A stretch of 32,000 nt of DNA from Candidatus Pacearchaeota archaeon. Its GTDB lineage: Archaea; Nanobdellota; Nanobdellia; Pacearchaeales; UBA284. The notes under the pieces are model-generated. The model did not search any database. It saw only the letters and a program-made list of their open reading frames with translations, and was not told where the DNA came from. A program made the translations under genes and the position numbers. The DNA lies in the NCBI GenBank assembly GCA_026016245.1, contig CP061211.1:480001-512000 (forward strand), given 5' to 3'. Of this stretch, positions 9,239 through 19,282 are shown piece by piece (the stretch's first letter is position 1; every line of letters begins with the position of its first letter).

Positions 9239-9727
9239 ATGATTAAGCAGATACTGAAAGTAAAGAGGGGGATTTTTGAATTAACTTGGCATGATCTCAC
9301 AGATTTCTCAAAAATTAAACCAATAAGCCAGGTTTATGGTGTTTGTTTTAGTAAAGAGGGAAAAATATGTATTATTAAGAATCCAAGAAAACACTGGGGT
9401 TTGCCCGGAGGAAAACCAGAAAAAGGGGAAAATTTTGATCAGACATTAAAAAGAGAAGTAAAGGAAGAAGCAGATATAGAAATTAAAGATATAACTCCTT
9501 TAGGATATCAAAAAGTATATCATAAAGACACAAAAAAGACATTTTATCAATTAAGATATGCTGCTATAATTTCAAAAATAAAGCCTCAAACAATAGATCC
9601 CAGTGAAAAAAGAATTCCTAAAAGAAAATTCATAAAGCCAAAAGATTTCTTGAAATACTGCCCTTGGGGTCCAATCGGCAAAAAAATAATTAAGAAGGCT
9701 GTTAAAATGTATAAAGAGAAAAATTAA
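9239..9727 (+). CDS. Nudix hydrolase
   Basis: Nudix box GKPEKGENFDQTLKREVKEEADI. Confidence 0.9.
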   Translation: MIKQILKVKRGIFELTWHDLTDFSKIKPISQVYGVCFSKEGKICIIKNPRKHWGLPGGKPEKGENFDQTLKREVKEEADIEIKDITPLGYQKVYHKDTKKTFYQLRYAAIISKIKPQTIDPSEKRIPKRKFIKPKDFLKYCPWGPIGKKIIKKAVKMYKEKN

Positions 9728-9738
9728 AAGGCTAGGGG
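9721..9738 (+). repeat. 18-mer AAATTAAAAGGCTAGGGG, copy 1
   Basis: Exact match to 10070-10087. Confidence 0.9.
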
Positions 9739-9757
9739 AATTTGATATTTTAGAAAA

Positions 9758-10066
9758 ATGGGTGATAGATTAATACATCCTGAAAATGTAAGAATAATAG
9801 CCAAGGGAAGTATTGGAGACATAGAAAGAATCCAACAAAGAGAAAGAAGACGAAAATTTCATATTTTTCTTAATATTATTATTGCTATTTGTGCTATTTT
9901 AGGAATAATCTCGGCGATTAGTAAAGATTACTTGTTTAGTATGGTGTTTTTTGTAATTGCTATATTAATTATCTTGTTTTTAATTTTCAGAAAGAAACGT
10001 AGAAGATATTATAGAAGAAAATCCTATAGAAGAAAGTCAAGAAAATTTCGTAAGAAAAGAAGATAG
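9758..10066 (+). CDS. Small membrane protein, two TM segments, basic Tyr/Arg/Lys-rich tail
   Basis: IFLNIIIAICAILGIISAI and LFSMVFFVIAILIILFLIF followed by RKKRRRYYRRKSYRRKSRKFRKKRR. Confidence 0.6.
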   Translation: MGDRLIHPENVRIIAKGSIGDIERIQQRERRRKFHIFLNIIIAICAILGIISAISKDYLFSMVFFVIAILIILFLIFRKKRRRYYRRKSYRRKSRKFRKKRR

Positions 10067-10069
10067 TAA

Positions 10070-10087
10070 AAATTAAAAGGCTAGGGG
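10070..10087 (+). repeat. 18-mer AAATTAAAAGGCTAGGGG, copy 2
   Basis: Exact match to 9721-9738; diverged relative ATTAAGGCTGGGGAATTT near 5508-5526. Confidence 0.9.
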
Positions 10088-10123
10088 GGTTTGAGGGGGT
10101 GTTCTTTAAAGAAAATTTTATAA

Positions 10124-10140
10124 AGTATACTTAGTATACT
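10124..10140. promoter_or_regulatory. Inverted repeat AGTATAC-TTA-GTATACT, likely operator
   Basis: 7-bp perfect arms, 3-nt centre, between TATA-like TTTTATAAA and ATG 10146. Confidence 0.6.
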
Positions 10141-10145
10141 AAAAG

Positions 10146-10304
10146 ATGGCTAAGGGAATTAATGGAAATAACAAGAGCACTATAAAACTCAGTAAAGAAA
10201 CTAAAGAAAAACTAATTAATTTAGACATCTCCCGAAAAAATAAGTCTTTTGAAGAGATAATTCTAGAATTAATTAAATCTTATGGGGAGAAAAATGGAAA
10301 ATGA
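10146..10304 (+). CDS. 52-aa ribbon-helix-helix/VapB-like regulator preceding hsdM
   Basis: [52 protein letters not shown]; ATGA overlap with hsdM; missing from the ORF track because it is short. Confidence 0.6.
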   Translation: MAKGINGNNKSTIKLSKETKEKLINLDISRKNKSFEEIILELIKSYGEKNGK

Positions 10305-11836
10305 CAAATAATGGTGCAAATCTTGGTTTTGAACAAAAACTATGGCAAGCTGCTGATAAATTAAGAAGTAATATGGATGCTGCAGAATATAAGCATGTAG
10401 TTCTTGGCCTTATATTCTTAAAGTATATTTCTGATGCTTTTGAAGAAAGACATGAATATTTACAAGAGCATTTGCATGAAGGATGTGACCCTGAAGAGCC
10501 AGATGAATACAAAGAGGAGAATGTTTTTTGGGTTCCGCCAATAGCTAGATGGGATTATATTAAAAAAAATGCAAAAAAGCCAACAATAGGCGAAATTATT
10601 GATAAGGCTATGGAAGCCATAGAAAGAGATAATCCTTCTTTGAAAGGTGTTTTGCCTAAAAATTATGCAAGGCCTGGATTAAATAAACAAAGATTAGGAG
10701 AATTAATTGATTTAATTGGATCTATTGCATTAGGAGATTATGACAGTAGGTCTAAAGATATTTTAGGAAGAGTTTATGAATATTTTCTTGGCCAGTTTGC
10801 AGATGCAGAAGGAAAAAAAGGCGGGCAGTTCTATACCCCAAGATGTATAGTTAAAATTCTTGTTGAAATGATTGAACCTTATAAAGGAAGAGTCTTTGAT
10901 CCTTGCTGTGGTTCTGGAGGAATGTTTGTTCAATCTGAAAAATTCATTAAAGAGCATAGCGGGAGAATAGGGGATATTTCTATTTATGGCCAAGAATCAA
11001 ATCAAACAACATGGAAATTATGTAAAATGAATATGGCAATTAGAGGAATTGATGCTAATATTAAATGGGGAGATTCTTTCCATGATGACCAGCATAAAGA
11101 CTTAAAAGCAGATTTTGTTCTTGCTAATCCTCCCTTTAATGATTCGGACTGGAATGGACAGCTTTTACAAGAAGATGTAAGATGGAAGTTTGGGGTTCCA
11201 CCAACAGGAAATGCTAATTTTGCATGGGTTCAGCATTTTATTCATCATTTAAATCCTTCAGGAATAGCTGGTTTTGTTTTAGCTAATGGCTCAATGTCTT
11301 CTAATACATCAAATGAAGGGGAAATTAGAAAAAACATCATTAATGCTGATATGGTTGATTGCATGATTGCTCTTCCTAGCCAATTATTCTATAATACAAT
11401 GATTCCTGCTTGCTTATGGTTTGTTACAAGAGACAAAAAAGACAGTAAATTCAGAGACAGAAGAAACACAGTTCTTTTTATTGATGCCAGAAACATGGGA
11501 AAGATGATAGACAGAAGGCATAAAGAACTAACTGATGAGGAAATAAAGAAGATTGCAGACACGTATCATTCTTGGAGAGGAGAAAACAAACAAAAATACA
11601 AAGACATTCCAGGATTTTGCAAATCTGCCTCATTAAAAGAAATTGAAAAAAACAATTTCATCCTCACACCAGGAAGATATGTCGGAGCAAAAGAAGAGGA
11701 AGAAGATAAAGAAGTCTTTGATGAAAAGATGAAGAGATTGACTTCTGAACTTTCAGAACAGATGAAACAAGGGCAGAAACTAGATGAAGAAATAAAGAAG
11801 AATTTGGGGGGCTTGGTTGGAGGATTTAGAAGATGA
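10301..11836 (+). CDS. hsdM: Type I restriction-modification system, M subunit
   Basis: [15 protein letters not shown]; [18 protein letters not shown]; [13 protein letters not shown]; [11 protein letters not shown]. Confidence 0.97.
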   Translation: MTNNGANLGFEQKLWQAADKLRSNMDAAEYKHVVLGLIFLKYISDAFEERHEYLQEHLHEGCDPEEPDEYKEENVFWVPPIARWDYIKKNAKKPTIGEIIDKAMEAIERDNPSLKGVLPKNYARPGLNKQRLGELIDLIGSIALGDYDSRSKDILGRVYEYFLGQFADAEGKKGGQFYTPRCIVKILVEMIEPYKGRVFDPCCGSGGMFVQSEKFIKEHSGRIGDISIYGQESNQTTWKLCKMNMAIRGIDANIKWGDSFHDDQHKDLKADFVLANPPFNDSDWNGQLLQEDVRWKFGVPPTGNANFAWVQHFIHHLNPSGIAGFVLANGSMSSNTSNEGEIRKNIINADMVDCMIALPSQLFYNTMIPACLWFVTRDKKDSKFRDRRNTVLFIDARNMGKMIDRRHKELTDEEIKKIADTYHSWRGENKQKYKDIPGFCKSASLKEIEKNNFILTPGRYVGAKEEEEDKEVFDEKMKRLTSELSEQMKQGQKLDEEIKKNLGGLVGGFRR

Positions 11837-13008
11837 AAAGATTCTTTGCTTGGATTAAAGAAAACGTTTTTCTTATTTTAGAATCAATTATTTTATTACT
11901 AATTCCTATTTTTAATTTTATTAGTTCACAAATTTTAATCTATCAGAAAATTATAAGTTGGGTTTTGTTTCTACTAATTCTCATTGATGTTTTGTTTAAG
12001 ATAAATGAAAAAATAAGGGAGAAGAAGAAAGAAAGAGCACTAAAAATGGAAAATGAAAAAAGAGGGGAAACTGAAAGAAAAAGATATGAAACTATAGAAG
12101 AAATGAAAAAGAATTTAGAAGAACAGAAAAATTTTAATTTAGAATACAAAGAAAAAAAGGAAAGATCCATAAAAATATTAAATAAATTCTTTAACGAAAG
12201 TCTACTAAATGAAGAGGATATTTTAAGTCTAGCGAAGTCATCTAGTTATTATATTCTTTTTATTTATAGTTGGCCTTTTCCAGAAATCAAAAATAAAAGA
12301 TATAAGTTCATAACAACTAGACAATACCCCCTCTTTTTAAATGATATCGGATTTACAAGAATGGGCAGTTCAAGAAGCACCTTTTTCATTATAAAAAAAG
12401 ATAGATTAGAAAAGAAATACCACAATATTGCAAGTTTTAAAAAATTTCTCAATAAGAATTTAGAAGAGATAAGAAAAGAAGAATTTAAAATGTATTTAGA
12501 AGAATTAAAAAAACAAGACAAGAAAGTATATACTAAATATTCAAAAAAGAGTTACTCTGAATATTTGAAAATAAATTTTCTACTACTTGAGAATATCATC
12601 CATTCTGGGAATCTTGGTCTTGTGAGTGGGGAGTATATTGGTCTTGGTGGGAAAAAACAAGTTGAAGAAATAAACAAACAAATTTTATCAGGAATAGAAC
12701 TTTCTGAAATTGACTTAAAAGAAAATGTTAAAATAAAGATTAGAGATTATTTTCAAAAGCAGGACTTTAATCTCTTACTAGAAGGAATTAAACAAAGAAC
12801 AATAAATAAAATTTCAAAATCGAGAGTTAAACTAAAAGACGAATTAAATATTGCTAATGTATTAGAAATAGCTGGAAAAAACAAACAGGATTTACAAAAA
12901 GCATTAGATAAAATTGGTATACCAAATGCTAAGAATCTCGCTACCAAGATGAAACAAATTGCAGAAGAATATTTAGAAGCATTAAACGATTTAAAGATAA
13001 ACCTTTAA
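11833..13008 (+). CDS. Membrane-anchored coiled-coil protein embedded in the Type I operon
   Basis: Two N-terminal hydrophobic segments followed by a long charged coiled-coil-like region; ATGA overlap with hsdM stop. Confidence 0.7.
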   Translation: MKRFFAWIKENVFLILESIILLLIPIFNFISSQILIYQKIISWVLFLLILIDVLFKINEKIREKKKERALKMENEKRGETERKRYETIEEMKKNLEEQKNFNLEYKEKKERSIKILNKFFNESLLNEEDILSLAKSSSYYILFIYSWPFPEIKNKRYKFITTRQYPLFLNDIGFTRMGSSRSTFFIIKKDRLEKKYHNIASFKKFLNKNLEEIRKEEFKMYLEELKKQDKKVYTKYSKKSYSEYLKINFLLLENIIHSGNLGLVSGEYIGLGGKKQVEEINKQILSGIELSEIDLKENVKIKIRDYFQKQDFNLLLEGIKQRTINKISKSRVKLKDELNIANVLEIAGKNKQDLQKALDKIGIPNAKNLATKMKQIAEEYLEALNDLKINL

Positions 13009-13014
13009 TAGAAA

Positions 13015-13053
13015 ATGAAACAACAAACAAAATTCAAGCAAACTGAAAATAAG
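13015..13053 (+). repeat. Duplicated 5' end of hsdS (relic)
   Basis: ATGAAACAACAAACAAAATTCAAGCAAACTGAAA vs hsdS ATGAAATCCCAAACAAAATTCAAACAAACTGAAA at 14069; peptide MKxQTKFKQTE shared; relic ORF terminates at 13089. Confidence 0.75.
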
Positions 13054-13061
13054 GAAACAAA

Positions 13062-14072
13062 ATGCCAACACAAACAGGTAAATCACTAATTGTAGTTGAT
13101 ACTAATATTATAAGAACCAAGCAAGATTGGGAATCAGATTTTTTTGAACTCTCGCCTAAAGGAACATTTACCGAATTAATTTATTACATAGAAAAAAATA
13201 ACTTACAAAATCTAGTTAATATTGCAATTCCTGAGATTGTAATTGAAGAGTTTTCTGAGTCTAAAAAAGAGAATTTTAATAATTCTTTAACTGGATTAAA
13301 GAAGAAGTTAGAACTTTTTAAAAAAATGCCTTGTTGTGATTTTTCAAATATAAAATTACCAGAAGAGTCATTTGATTATGGAAACTATATAACCCAAAAA
13401 ATAAATGAATTAATCACTGCTAAAAATTTTATTAAGATTATTAAGATAGATGCTACCAAGTCTCATGAGGTGTTAGAAGATCTAAAAAAAAGAGTTTTCG
13501 AAGGAAAAAAACCTTTCAAAAAGGGAAGCGATAGAGGATTTAAAGATTCATTAATTTGGCATTGTTTTTTGCATAATGTAGATGTAAATACTTTTGATTA
13601 TTTTTACTTTCTAAGTGAGAATTCAGAAGATTTTAATGAAGAATTAAAAGAAGAATTTGAGAGCAGATTTCAGAGGAATTTAAACTTCTTTACGGATGTA
13701 AAAGAAATGATTTCAAATCTAAATGAATATTATTATTTATATGAAGACTACCCAGAAATAATTGCTCATTTGCAAACGGACTATTTCAAGGGGCAATTAA
13801 TGGATTTTATATCTGATATCTTAGGTATAGGAATAAATAATTTTGAGATTATAAATTTTTGTAAAGGGATAGAAGAGATGAGTTTAGAAAAATTCTATGA
13901 ATTAGAATTACAAGAAGAATTCCCAGATGAAATAATAGAAATCCTAAAATTAATCCAAATTGAGATTAAGAATGAGGGTATTGAATATCTTGCTTTAGTC
14001 ATTTTTGATTTTTCATCGAATACAATAGTTGATGTAAGATTAAATAAGAAAGACGGGAGACTAGTAATATGA
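13062..14072 (+). CDS. PIN-like (DUF4935-type) putative RNase
   Basis: N-terminal LIVVDTNII, central KGSDRGFKDSLIWHC, then YFLSENSEDF: spaced acidic residues as in PIN-like DUF4935 proteins. Confidence 0.6.
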   Translation: MPTQTGKSLIVVDTNIIRTKQDWESDFFELSPKGTFTELIYYIEKNNLQNLVNIAIPEIVIEEFSESKKENFNNSLTGLKKKLELFKKMPCCDFSNIKLPEESFDYGNYITQKINELITAKNFIKIIKIDATKSHEVLEDLKKRVFEGKKPFKKGSDRGFKDSLIWHCFLHNVDVNTFDYFYFLSENSEDFNEELKEEFESRFQRNLNFFTDVKEMISNLNEYYYLYEDYPEIIAHLQTDYFKGQLMDFISDILGIGINNFEIINFCKGIEEMSLEKFYELELQEEFPDEIIEILKLIQIEIKNEGIEYLALVIFDFSSNTIVDVRLNKKDGRLVI

Positions 14073-15325
14073 AATCCCAAACAAAATTCAAACAAACTGA
14101 AATAGGAAAAATCCCTGAAGGCTGGGAAATCTTGAGAGTAACGGATTTAGGGAGAGTTATTACGGGAAAAACTCCACCAACAAAAATAAAGGAATACTTC
14201 GGTTCAGATTTTCCATTCATAAAAATACCTGATCTGGGAAAGTCAGTTTATATTGAGAAATCTGAAACTATGCTCTCTAAAAAAGGAGCGGGATATATGG
14301 GTAACCTAAAGCTACCAAAAGATTCAGTGATGGTTTCATGTTTAGCAACAATCGGTAAAGTAGGCATTACAAAAAGAGATTCATTCACAAATCAGCAAAT
14401 AAACTCTTTAATTTGTAATAAAGATAAAGTCATCCCATTGTGGATATACTACTTTTTTAAGAATAATCTCTTTTATTTAGAAAGTTTGGGTGGCGGTGGT
14501 TCTGTTTACACAAACATTTCTAAAAGCCGGTTTGAGAACGCATCAATCCCTATTCCAAGGATAAAAGAACAGGAAAGGATTATTAATATCTTATTTGACT
14601 TAGATTCAAAAATCGAATTCAACCAACAAATGAACAAGAGTTTAGAAGCAATCGGCCAAGCAATCTTTAAGAGATGGTTTGTTGATTTTGAATTTCCAAA
14701 TGAAAAAGGCAAGCCATACAAAAGCTCAGGCGGAGAGATGGTTGAATCTGAATTAGGAAAGATACCGAAAGGATGGGGGGTTGGGAGATTTAAAGATATT
14801 TCAAAACTTCAGATGGGAATATCCCCAAAAGGCAATAGTTATAACGAAGATAGAAAAGGTATTCCTTTACTAAACGGGGCTGCGGATTTCTCAGGCAAAT
14901 TAATCTTACCAAAAAAGTTTACTACTGAGCCAATTAAAAAGTGCAATACGGGCGATTTAGTTTTTTGTATTAGGGCAACAATAGGAAATGTAACTTTTGC
15001 AGATAAAGAATTTTGTCTTGGTCGTGGTGTCGCAGCATTAAAAATAAATAATAATTTTAGAGAGTTTTTTTACTATTCCCTTATTGGTTCATTAGAAAAA
15101 ATGATTTCAAGTGCTACTGGAAGCGTAATCATGGGCTTGTCAAAGACAGATATAGAAGACTGCAAAATTATTATTCCTGATAATAATTTAATTAAGATTT
15201 TTAACAAGAATCTATTCTCATTTTTTGAAATGCAAAAAAAGCTTGATGAAGAAATTCAAAGCTTATCACAAATCCGAGACTCCCTTTTACCTAAATTGAT
15301 GTCTGGGAAGATTAGAGTTATTTAA
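14069..15325 (+). CDS. hsdS: Type I restriction-modification system, S (specificity) subunit
   Basis: Two TRD halves beginning TEIGKIPEGWEI and SELGKIPKGWGV, each followed by an S-subunit helix region (LDSKIEFNQQMNKSLEAIGQAIFKRWFVDF; IQSLSQIRDSLLPKLMSGKI). Confidence 0.95.
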   Translation: MKSQTKFKQTEIGKIPEGWEILRVTDLGRVITGKTPPTKIKEYFGSDFPFIKIPDLGKSVYIEKSETMLSKKGAGYMGNLKLPKDSVMVSCLATIGKVGITKRDSFTNQQINSLICNKDKVIPLWIYYFFKNNLFYLESLGGGGSVYTNISKSRFENASIPIPRIKEQERIINILFDLDSKIEFNQQMNKSLEAIGQAIFKRWFVDFEFPNEKGKPYKSSGGEMVESELGKIPKGWGVGRFKDISKLQMGISPKGNSYNEDRKGIPLLNGAADFSGKLILPKKFTTEPIKKCNTGDLVFCIRATIGNVTFADKEFCLGRGVAALKINNNFREFFYYSLIGSLEKMISSATGSVIMGLSKTDIEDCKIIIPDNNLIKIFNKNLFSFFEMQKKLDEEIQSLSQIRDSLLPKLMSGKIRVI

Positions 15326-16088
15326 CATTATTTTTAGCCCTATCTAAAAAATCTATTATTCTTTGTCTTAGCCCATTCAAGATATTTCTGAAAGACTGCG
15401 GATTAACTAAGTAAGGTACAGGTTCATTTGGATCGACATTCAAATCTTTTACCATTAACTCCATTGGAGGAGCATTCATTACTATTCTTTGTTCTTTGGA
15501 ATATCTATCAACCCACTCCTCAATTTGCCTTATTGGTTGAGAAATAAACATGGGGATATCAAATCTTTCTATTTTCCCATTTTTTAAACCAATATTTAAT
15601 TCCGCTTCTATTCTTCTATATTGGGTTTCTTTATCTGATTTTTTCATCTTTAATCCTGTGTTCTTCTCTTCATCACCCCAATATTCACCATATCCTCTAA
15701 CTTCCTTATTTAACCATTTTTCATCATCATTCATCTTTAGTTTTTTAGCTAATCTCAAAGACATTTCAGATATTGTCGAGATTGACTTATTTTCATCAAG
15801 ATAATTTTCTATTTTACTTATTAGTTTTTTTGCGTTTGTTTCTTCTTCTCTTATTTCCTCCGAGAACGCTACCACTTTTTTACTTTCTTCTTTGAAATGA
15901 GTTATTTGAGAGTTTGTAACATTGCCAGTTATTTGAACTAATTGTGAGTTAGGAGAGTTGATAAGAAGTGCTTTTTGATTTTTCTCAATTTTAATAAGAT
16001 ATTTAACAGCAAATCCAAATCCTGCTAAGGAAACTATCAATAAGGCTATCTCTACTATATGTTCAATAAACCATTCTTCAAATGCCAT
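15318..16088 (-). CDS. AbiTii-like domain protein with N-terminal TM anchor
   Basis: HIVEIALLIVSLAGFGFAVKYLI anchor; LISKIENYLDENKSISTISEMSLRLAKKLKMNDDEKWLNKEVRGYGEY resembles AbiTii; start assigned to ATG at 16088 rather than the TTG at 16094. Confidence 0.55.
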   Translation of the reverse strand: MAFEEWFIEHIVEIALLIVSLAGFGFAVKYLIKIEKNQKALLINSPNSQLVQITGNVTNSQITHFKEESKKVVAFSEEIREEETNAKKLISKIENYLDENKSISTISEMSLRLAKKLKMNDDEKWLNKEVRGYGEYWGDEEKNTGLKMKKSDKETQYRRIEAELNIGLKNGKIERFDIPMFISQPIRQIEEWVDRYSKEQRIVMNAPPMELMVKDLNVDPNEPVPYLVNPQSFRNILNGLRQRIIDFLDRAKNNVK

Positions 16089-16092
16089 AAAC

Positions 16093-16110
16093 AATCAATA
16101 CAAATTGATT
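16093..16110. promoter_or_regulatory. Inverted repeat AATCAAT-ACAA-ATTGATT between divergent AbiTii-like gene and hsdR
   Basis: 7-bp perfect arms directly upstream of the minus-strand ATG. Confidence 0.45.
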
Positions 16111-16180
16111 ATTTAATCTTTATGTAGTCTTTAAATCTATCAGAGAAAGAAGTTAAAAACCTCAAATTCCTTATTAAAAA

Positions 16181-19100
16181 ATGCCAAAAATCATAACAGA
16201 ATCTGATGTTGAAGAAAATGTCTTAATCATACTTGAAAAGCTTGGATATGAAATAATTCGTGGAGATAATGAAGAATATCTGCCTAGGGGAGGCAAGGCT
16301 TTGAGAGATGATTATAAAGATGTTGTTCTTGTTGACAAACTGCGATATGCTCTTAGAAAGATTAATCCTTCTGTTCCTGAAGAAGCAAGAGAAATGGCTT
16401 TAAAGCAAATATTGAGAGGCGAGAACCAGAAGCTTATAGCTGATAATGAAAGCTTTCATAAGATGCTTGTTAATGGCATAAGTATCCCTATAAGAAAAGC
16501 TGGAGAAGAAAGGCATGTTATTGTAAAACTTTTTGATTTTGAAAATCCTGAAAACAATGAGTTTACAGCAGTTAATCAGTTTACTGTAGAAGAAAATAAT
16601 ATTGAAAGAAGACCTGATGTTGTTTTATTTGTTAATGGAATCCCTTTAGTTATTCTTGAGCTAAAAAATTTAGCAGATGAAAAAGCAGATATATGGATAG
16701 CTTATGATCAATTTCAAACATATAAGGAACAATTGCCTTATTTATTCAGGTTTAATGAATTTCTAATTATTAGCGATGGATTAGAAGCAAGAGCAGGAAC
16801 AATAACTTCTGAAAAAGAGAGATTTATGCAATGGAAAACAATAAATGGAGAAAAACCAAAAAAAGGATTAATTGAAATTGAAGTTTTACTTAAAGGAATG
16901 TGTGATAAATCAAGAATTTTGGATATTATCAGAAATTTTATTGTTTTTGAAAAAGATAAAGAAGTAAAAAAGAAACTTGCTGCTTATCATCAATATTGGG
17001 CTACAAACAAAGCAATAGAATCATCAATAAAAGCAAGAAAAGGCAACAAAAAAGCAGGGGTTGTTTGGCATACTCAAGGTTCTGGAAAAAGTTTAACAAT
17101 GGTTTTTTATTCGGGAAAATTAGTAGGAGAATTTGATAATCCAACAATAATAGTTTTAACAGATAGAAATGATTTAGATGACCAGTTATTTGGAACTTTT
17201 GCAAGATGCAAGGATGTTCTAAGACAAACTCCTATTCAAGCTAATTCAAGAAAAGAATTGCAAAAATTATTGAAAGTATCTTCAGGAGGAATTGTATTTA
17301 CAACAATTCAAAAATTCTTTCCAGATGAAAACAGAGAAAAATATCCTGTTTTATCAGAAAGAGACAATATTATAGTAATAGCAGATGAAGCTCACAGAAG
17401 CCAGTATGGTTTTTCTGCTAAAATACTAAACAAACAAGATAAGACATTAATCACTTATGGTTATGCTAAATATTTAAGAGATGCTTTGCCAAATGCATCT
17501 TTTATTGGCTTTACTGGAACTCCTATTGAAAAGGCAGACAGATCAACCCCTGCAGTATTTGGAAATTATGTTGATAAATATGATATAGAAAGAGCTGTTG
17601 AAGATGGAGCCACTGTAAGGATCTTTTATGAAAGCAGATTAGCAAAATTAGAACTTAAACCAGAAGAAAGGCCTAAAATAGACAAAGAATTTGAAGAAGC
17701 CACAGAAGGAGAAGAAGTTGAAGGCAAAGAAAAATTAAAAAGCAAATGGGCAAGATTAGAGAAAGTTGCAGGTTCTCCAAAAAGAATTAAAAAAATAGCA
17801 GAAGATATAATTGAACATTTTGAATCAAAAACTGAAGTTTTAGAAGGTAAAGGCATGATTGTTTGCATGTCTAGAAGGATTTGTGTTGATTTATACAATG
17901 AAATAATAAGATTAAGGCCTAGATGGCATAATAAAGACGATAATAAAGGATTTATAAAAGTAGTTATGACTGGTTCTGCCTCTGATCCAAAAGAATGGCA
18001 AGAGCATATAAGAAATAAAAATAGAAGAAAGCAAGTAGGAGATAATTTTAAAGATCCTAAACATGAGATTGGATTATTAATTGTTAGAGATATGTTTTTA
18101 ACAGGGTTTGATGCTCCTTCTCTCCATTCAATGTATCTAGACAAATCAATAAAAGGCCATACATTAATGCAAGCAATAGCAAGAGTAAATCGTGTTTATC
18201 CAGGAAAAGAAGGAGGATTAATTATTGATTATATGGGTGTTGGAGCAGAACTAAAAAAAGCATTAATAAATTACACTGAAAGTGGCGGAAAAGGAAAACC
18301 GACTTTTGACCAAGCTCAAGCAGTTAAGCTAATGATTGAAAAATATGAAGTTGTTAGAGATATGTTTCATGGATTTAATTATAAAAAATTCTTTGAACTC
18401 AAACCAAATAAGAGAATTTCTTTTATTCCAAATGCAATGGAGCATATACTAAAAGAAAGGGGCAAAAAAGAGAGATTTGAAAGAGAAGTAACTGCTCTCC
18501 TAAAAGCATTTTCTTTAGCTGTTCCTCATGACAAAGCTATTAATATAAAAGAAGATGTTGGACTTTTTCAAGCAATAAAATCTGCAATATTTAAAACAAC
18601 TGAAGTAACAAAAAGAAAAGAGGAAAAGTTTGATACTGCAATAAAGCAGATATTATCTAAAGCAGTGATCTCTGATAGAATTATTGATATTTTTGAAGCA
18701 GCAGGAATTCAAAAACCAGAATTATCTATTTTATCAGAAGGATTTTTAGCAGAAGTTAAAGAAATGCCACAGAAAAATTTGGCTTTTGAAGCCTTGAAAA
18801 AGTTATTGAATGATGAAATAAGAGTTATTTCTAAAAAGAATATGGTTCAAGGAAAATCTTTCATGGATTTACTAGATAAAACAATAAAAAGATATACTAA
18901 TAGAAGCATAGAAGCTGCCCAAGTAATAGAAGAATTAATTGAATTAGCAAGAAAAATAAGAGATGAAAAAGGCAGAGGAAAAGAACTTAAAATAAATGAT
19001 GATGAATTGGCATTTTATGATGCTCTTGGAGTTAATGACAGTGCAGTTAAAGTTTTGGGAGATGAAATATTAAGAAAAATTGCATTAGAGCTGACAAAAA

Positions 19101-19282
19101 TGATAAGAAATGGTGTTACAATAGATTGGACTCAAAGAGAAAGTGTTCAAGCAAAAATTCGTGTAAATGTAAGGAAAATTTTAAAAAAATATGATTATCC
19201 TCCGGATAAACAAAAGAAAGCAGTCGAGACAGTATTAAAACAAGCTGAATTAGTTGCTAAAAATTGGGCAGAAAAAGATTAA
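16181..19282 (+). CDS. hsdR: Type I restriction-modification system, R subunit
   Basis: [20 protein letters not shown] nuclease core; [13 protein letters not shown] Walker A; [12 protein letters not shown]; FIGFTGTPI; [13 protein letters not shown]. Confidence 0.97.
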   Translation: MPKIITESDVEENVLIILEKLGYEIIRGDNEEYLPRGGKALRDDYKDVVLVDKLRYALRKINPSVPEEAREMALKQILRGENQKLIADNESFHKMLVNGISIPIRKAGEERHVIVKLFDFENPENNEFTAVNQFTVEENNIERRPDVVLFVNGIPLVILELKNLADEKADIWIAYDQFQTYKEQLPYLFRFNEFLIISDGLEARAGTITSEKERFMQWKTINGEKPKKGLIEIEVLLKGMCDKSRILDIIRNFIVFEKDKEVKKKLAAYHQYWATNKAIESSIKARKGNKKAGVVWHTQGSGKSLTMVFYSGKLVGEFDNPTIIVLTDRNDLDDQLFGTFARCKDVLRQTPIQANSRKELQKLLKVSSGGIVFTTIQKFFPDENREKYPVLSERDNIIVIADEAHRSQYGFSAKILNKQDKTLITYGYAKYLRDALPNASFIGFTGTPIEKADRSTPAVFGNYVDKYDIERAVEDGATVRIFYESRLAKLELKPEERPKIDKEFEEATEGEEVEGKEKLKSKWARLEKVAGSPKRIKKIAEDIIEHFESKTEVLEGKGMIVCMSRRICVDLYNEIIRLRPRWHNKDDNKGFIKVVMTGSASDPKEWQEHIRNKNRRKQVGDNFKDPKHEIGLLIVRDMFLTGFDAPSLHSMYLDKSIKGHTLMQAIARVNRVYPGKEGGLIIDYMGVGAELKKALINYTESGGKGKPTFDQAQAVKLMIEKYEVVRDMFHGFNYKKFFELKPNKRISFIPNAMEHILKERGKKERFEREVTALLKAFSLAVPHDKAINIKEDVGLFQAIKSAIFKTTEVTKRKEEKFDTAIKQILSKAVISDRIIDIFEAAGIQKPELSILSEGFLAEVKEMPQKNLAFEALKKLLNDEIRVISKKNMVQGKSFMDLLDKTIKRYTNRSIEAAQVIEELIELARKIRDEKGRGKELKINDDELAFYDALGVNDSAVKVLGDEILRKIALELTKMIRNGVTIDWTQRESVQAKIRVNVRKILKKYDYPPDKQKKAVETVLKQAELVAKNWAEKD

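Noticed and set aside
13015-13089. 24-aa ORF MKQQTKFKQTENKETKCQHKQVNH as a real leader peptide gene
   Set aside because: Similarity is confined to the hsdS start and then goes out of frame over the PIN gene start; better explained as duplication relic, though a leader role cannot be excluded
10273-14220. Minus-strand ORFs 10273, 10763, 11943, 12264, 12753, 13895, 13999
   Set aside because: Shadows of the Type I operon genes; no initiation or coding signals
17001-18144. Minus-strand ORFs 17001-17204 and 17626-18144 (172 aa)
   Set aside because: Inside hsdR motor region; length explained by antisense of biased codons
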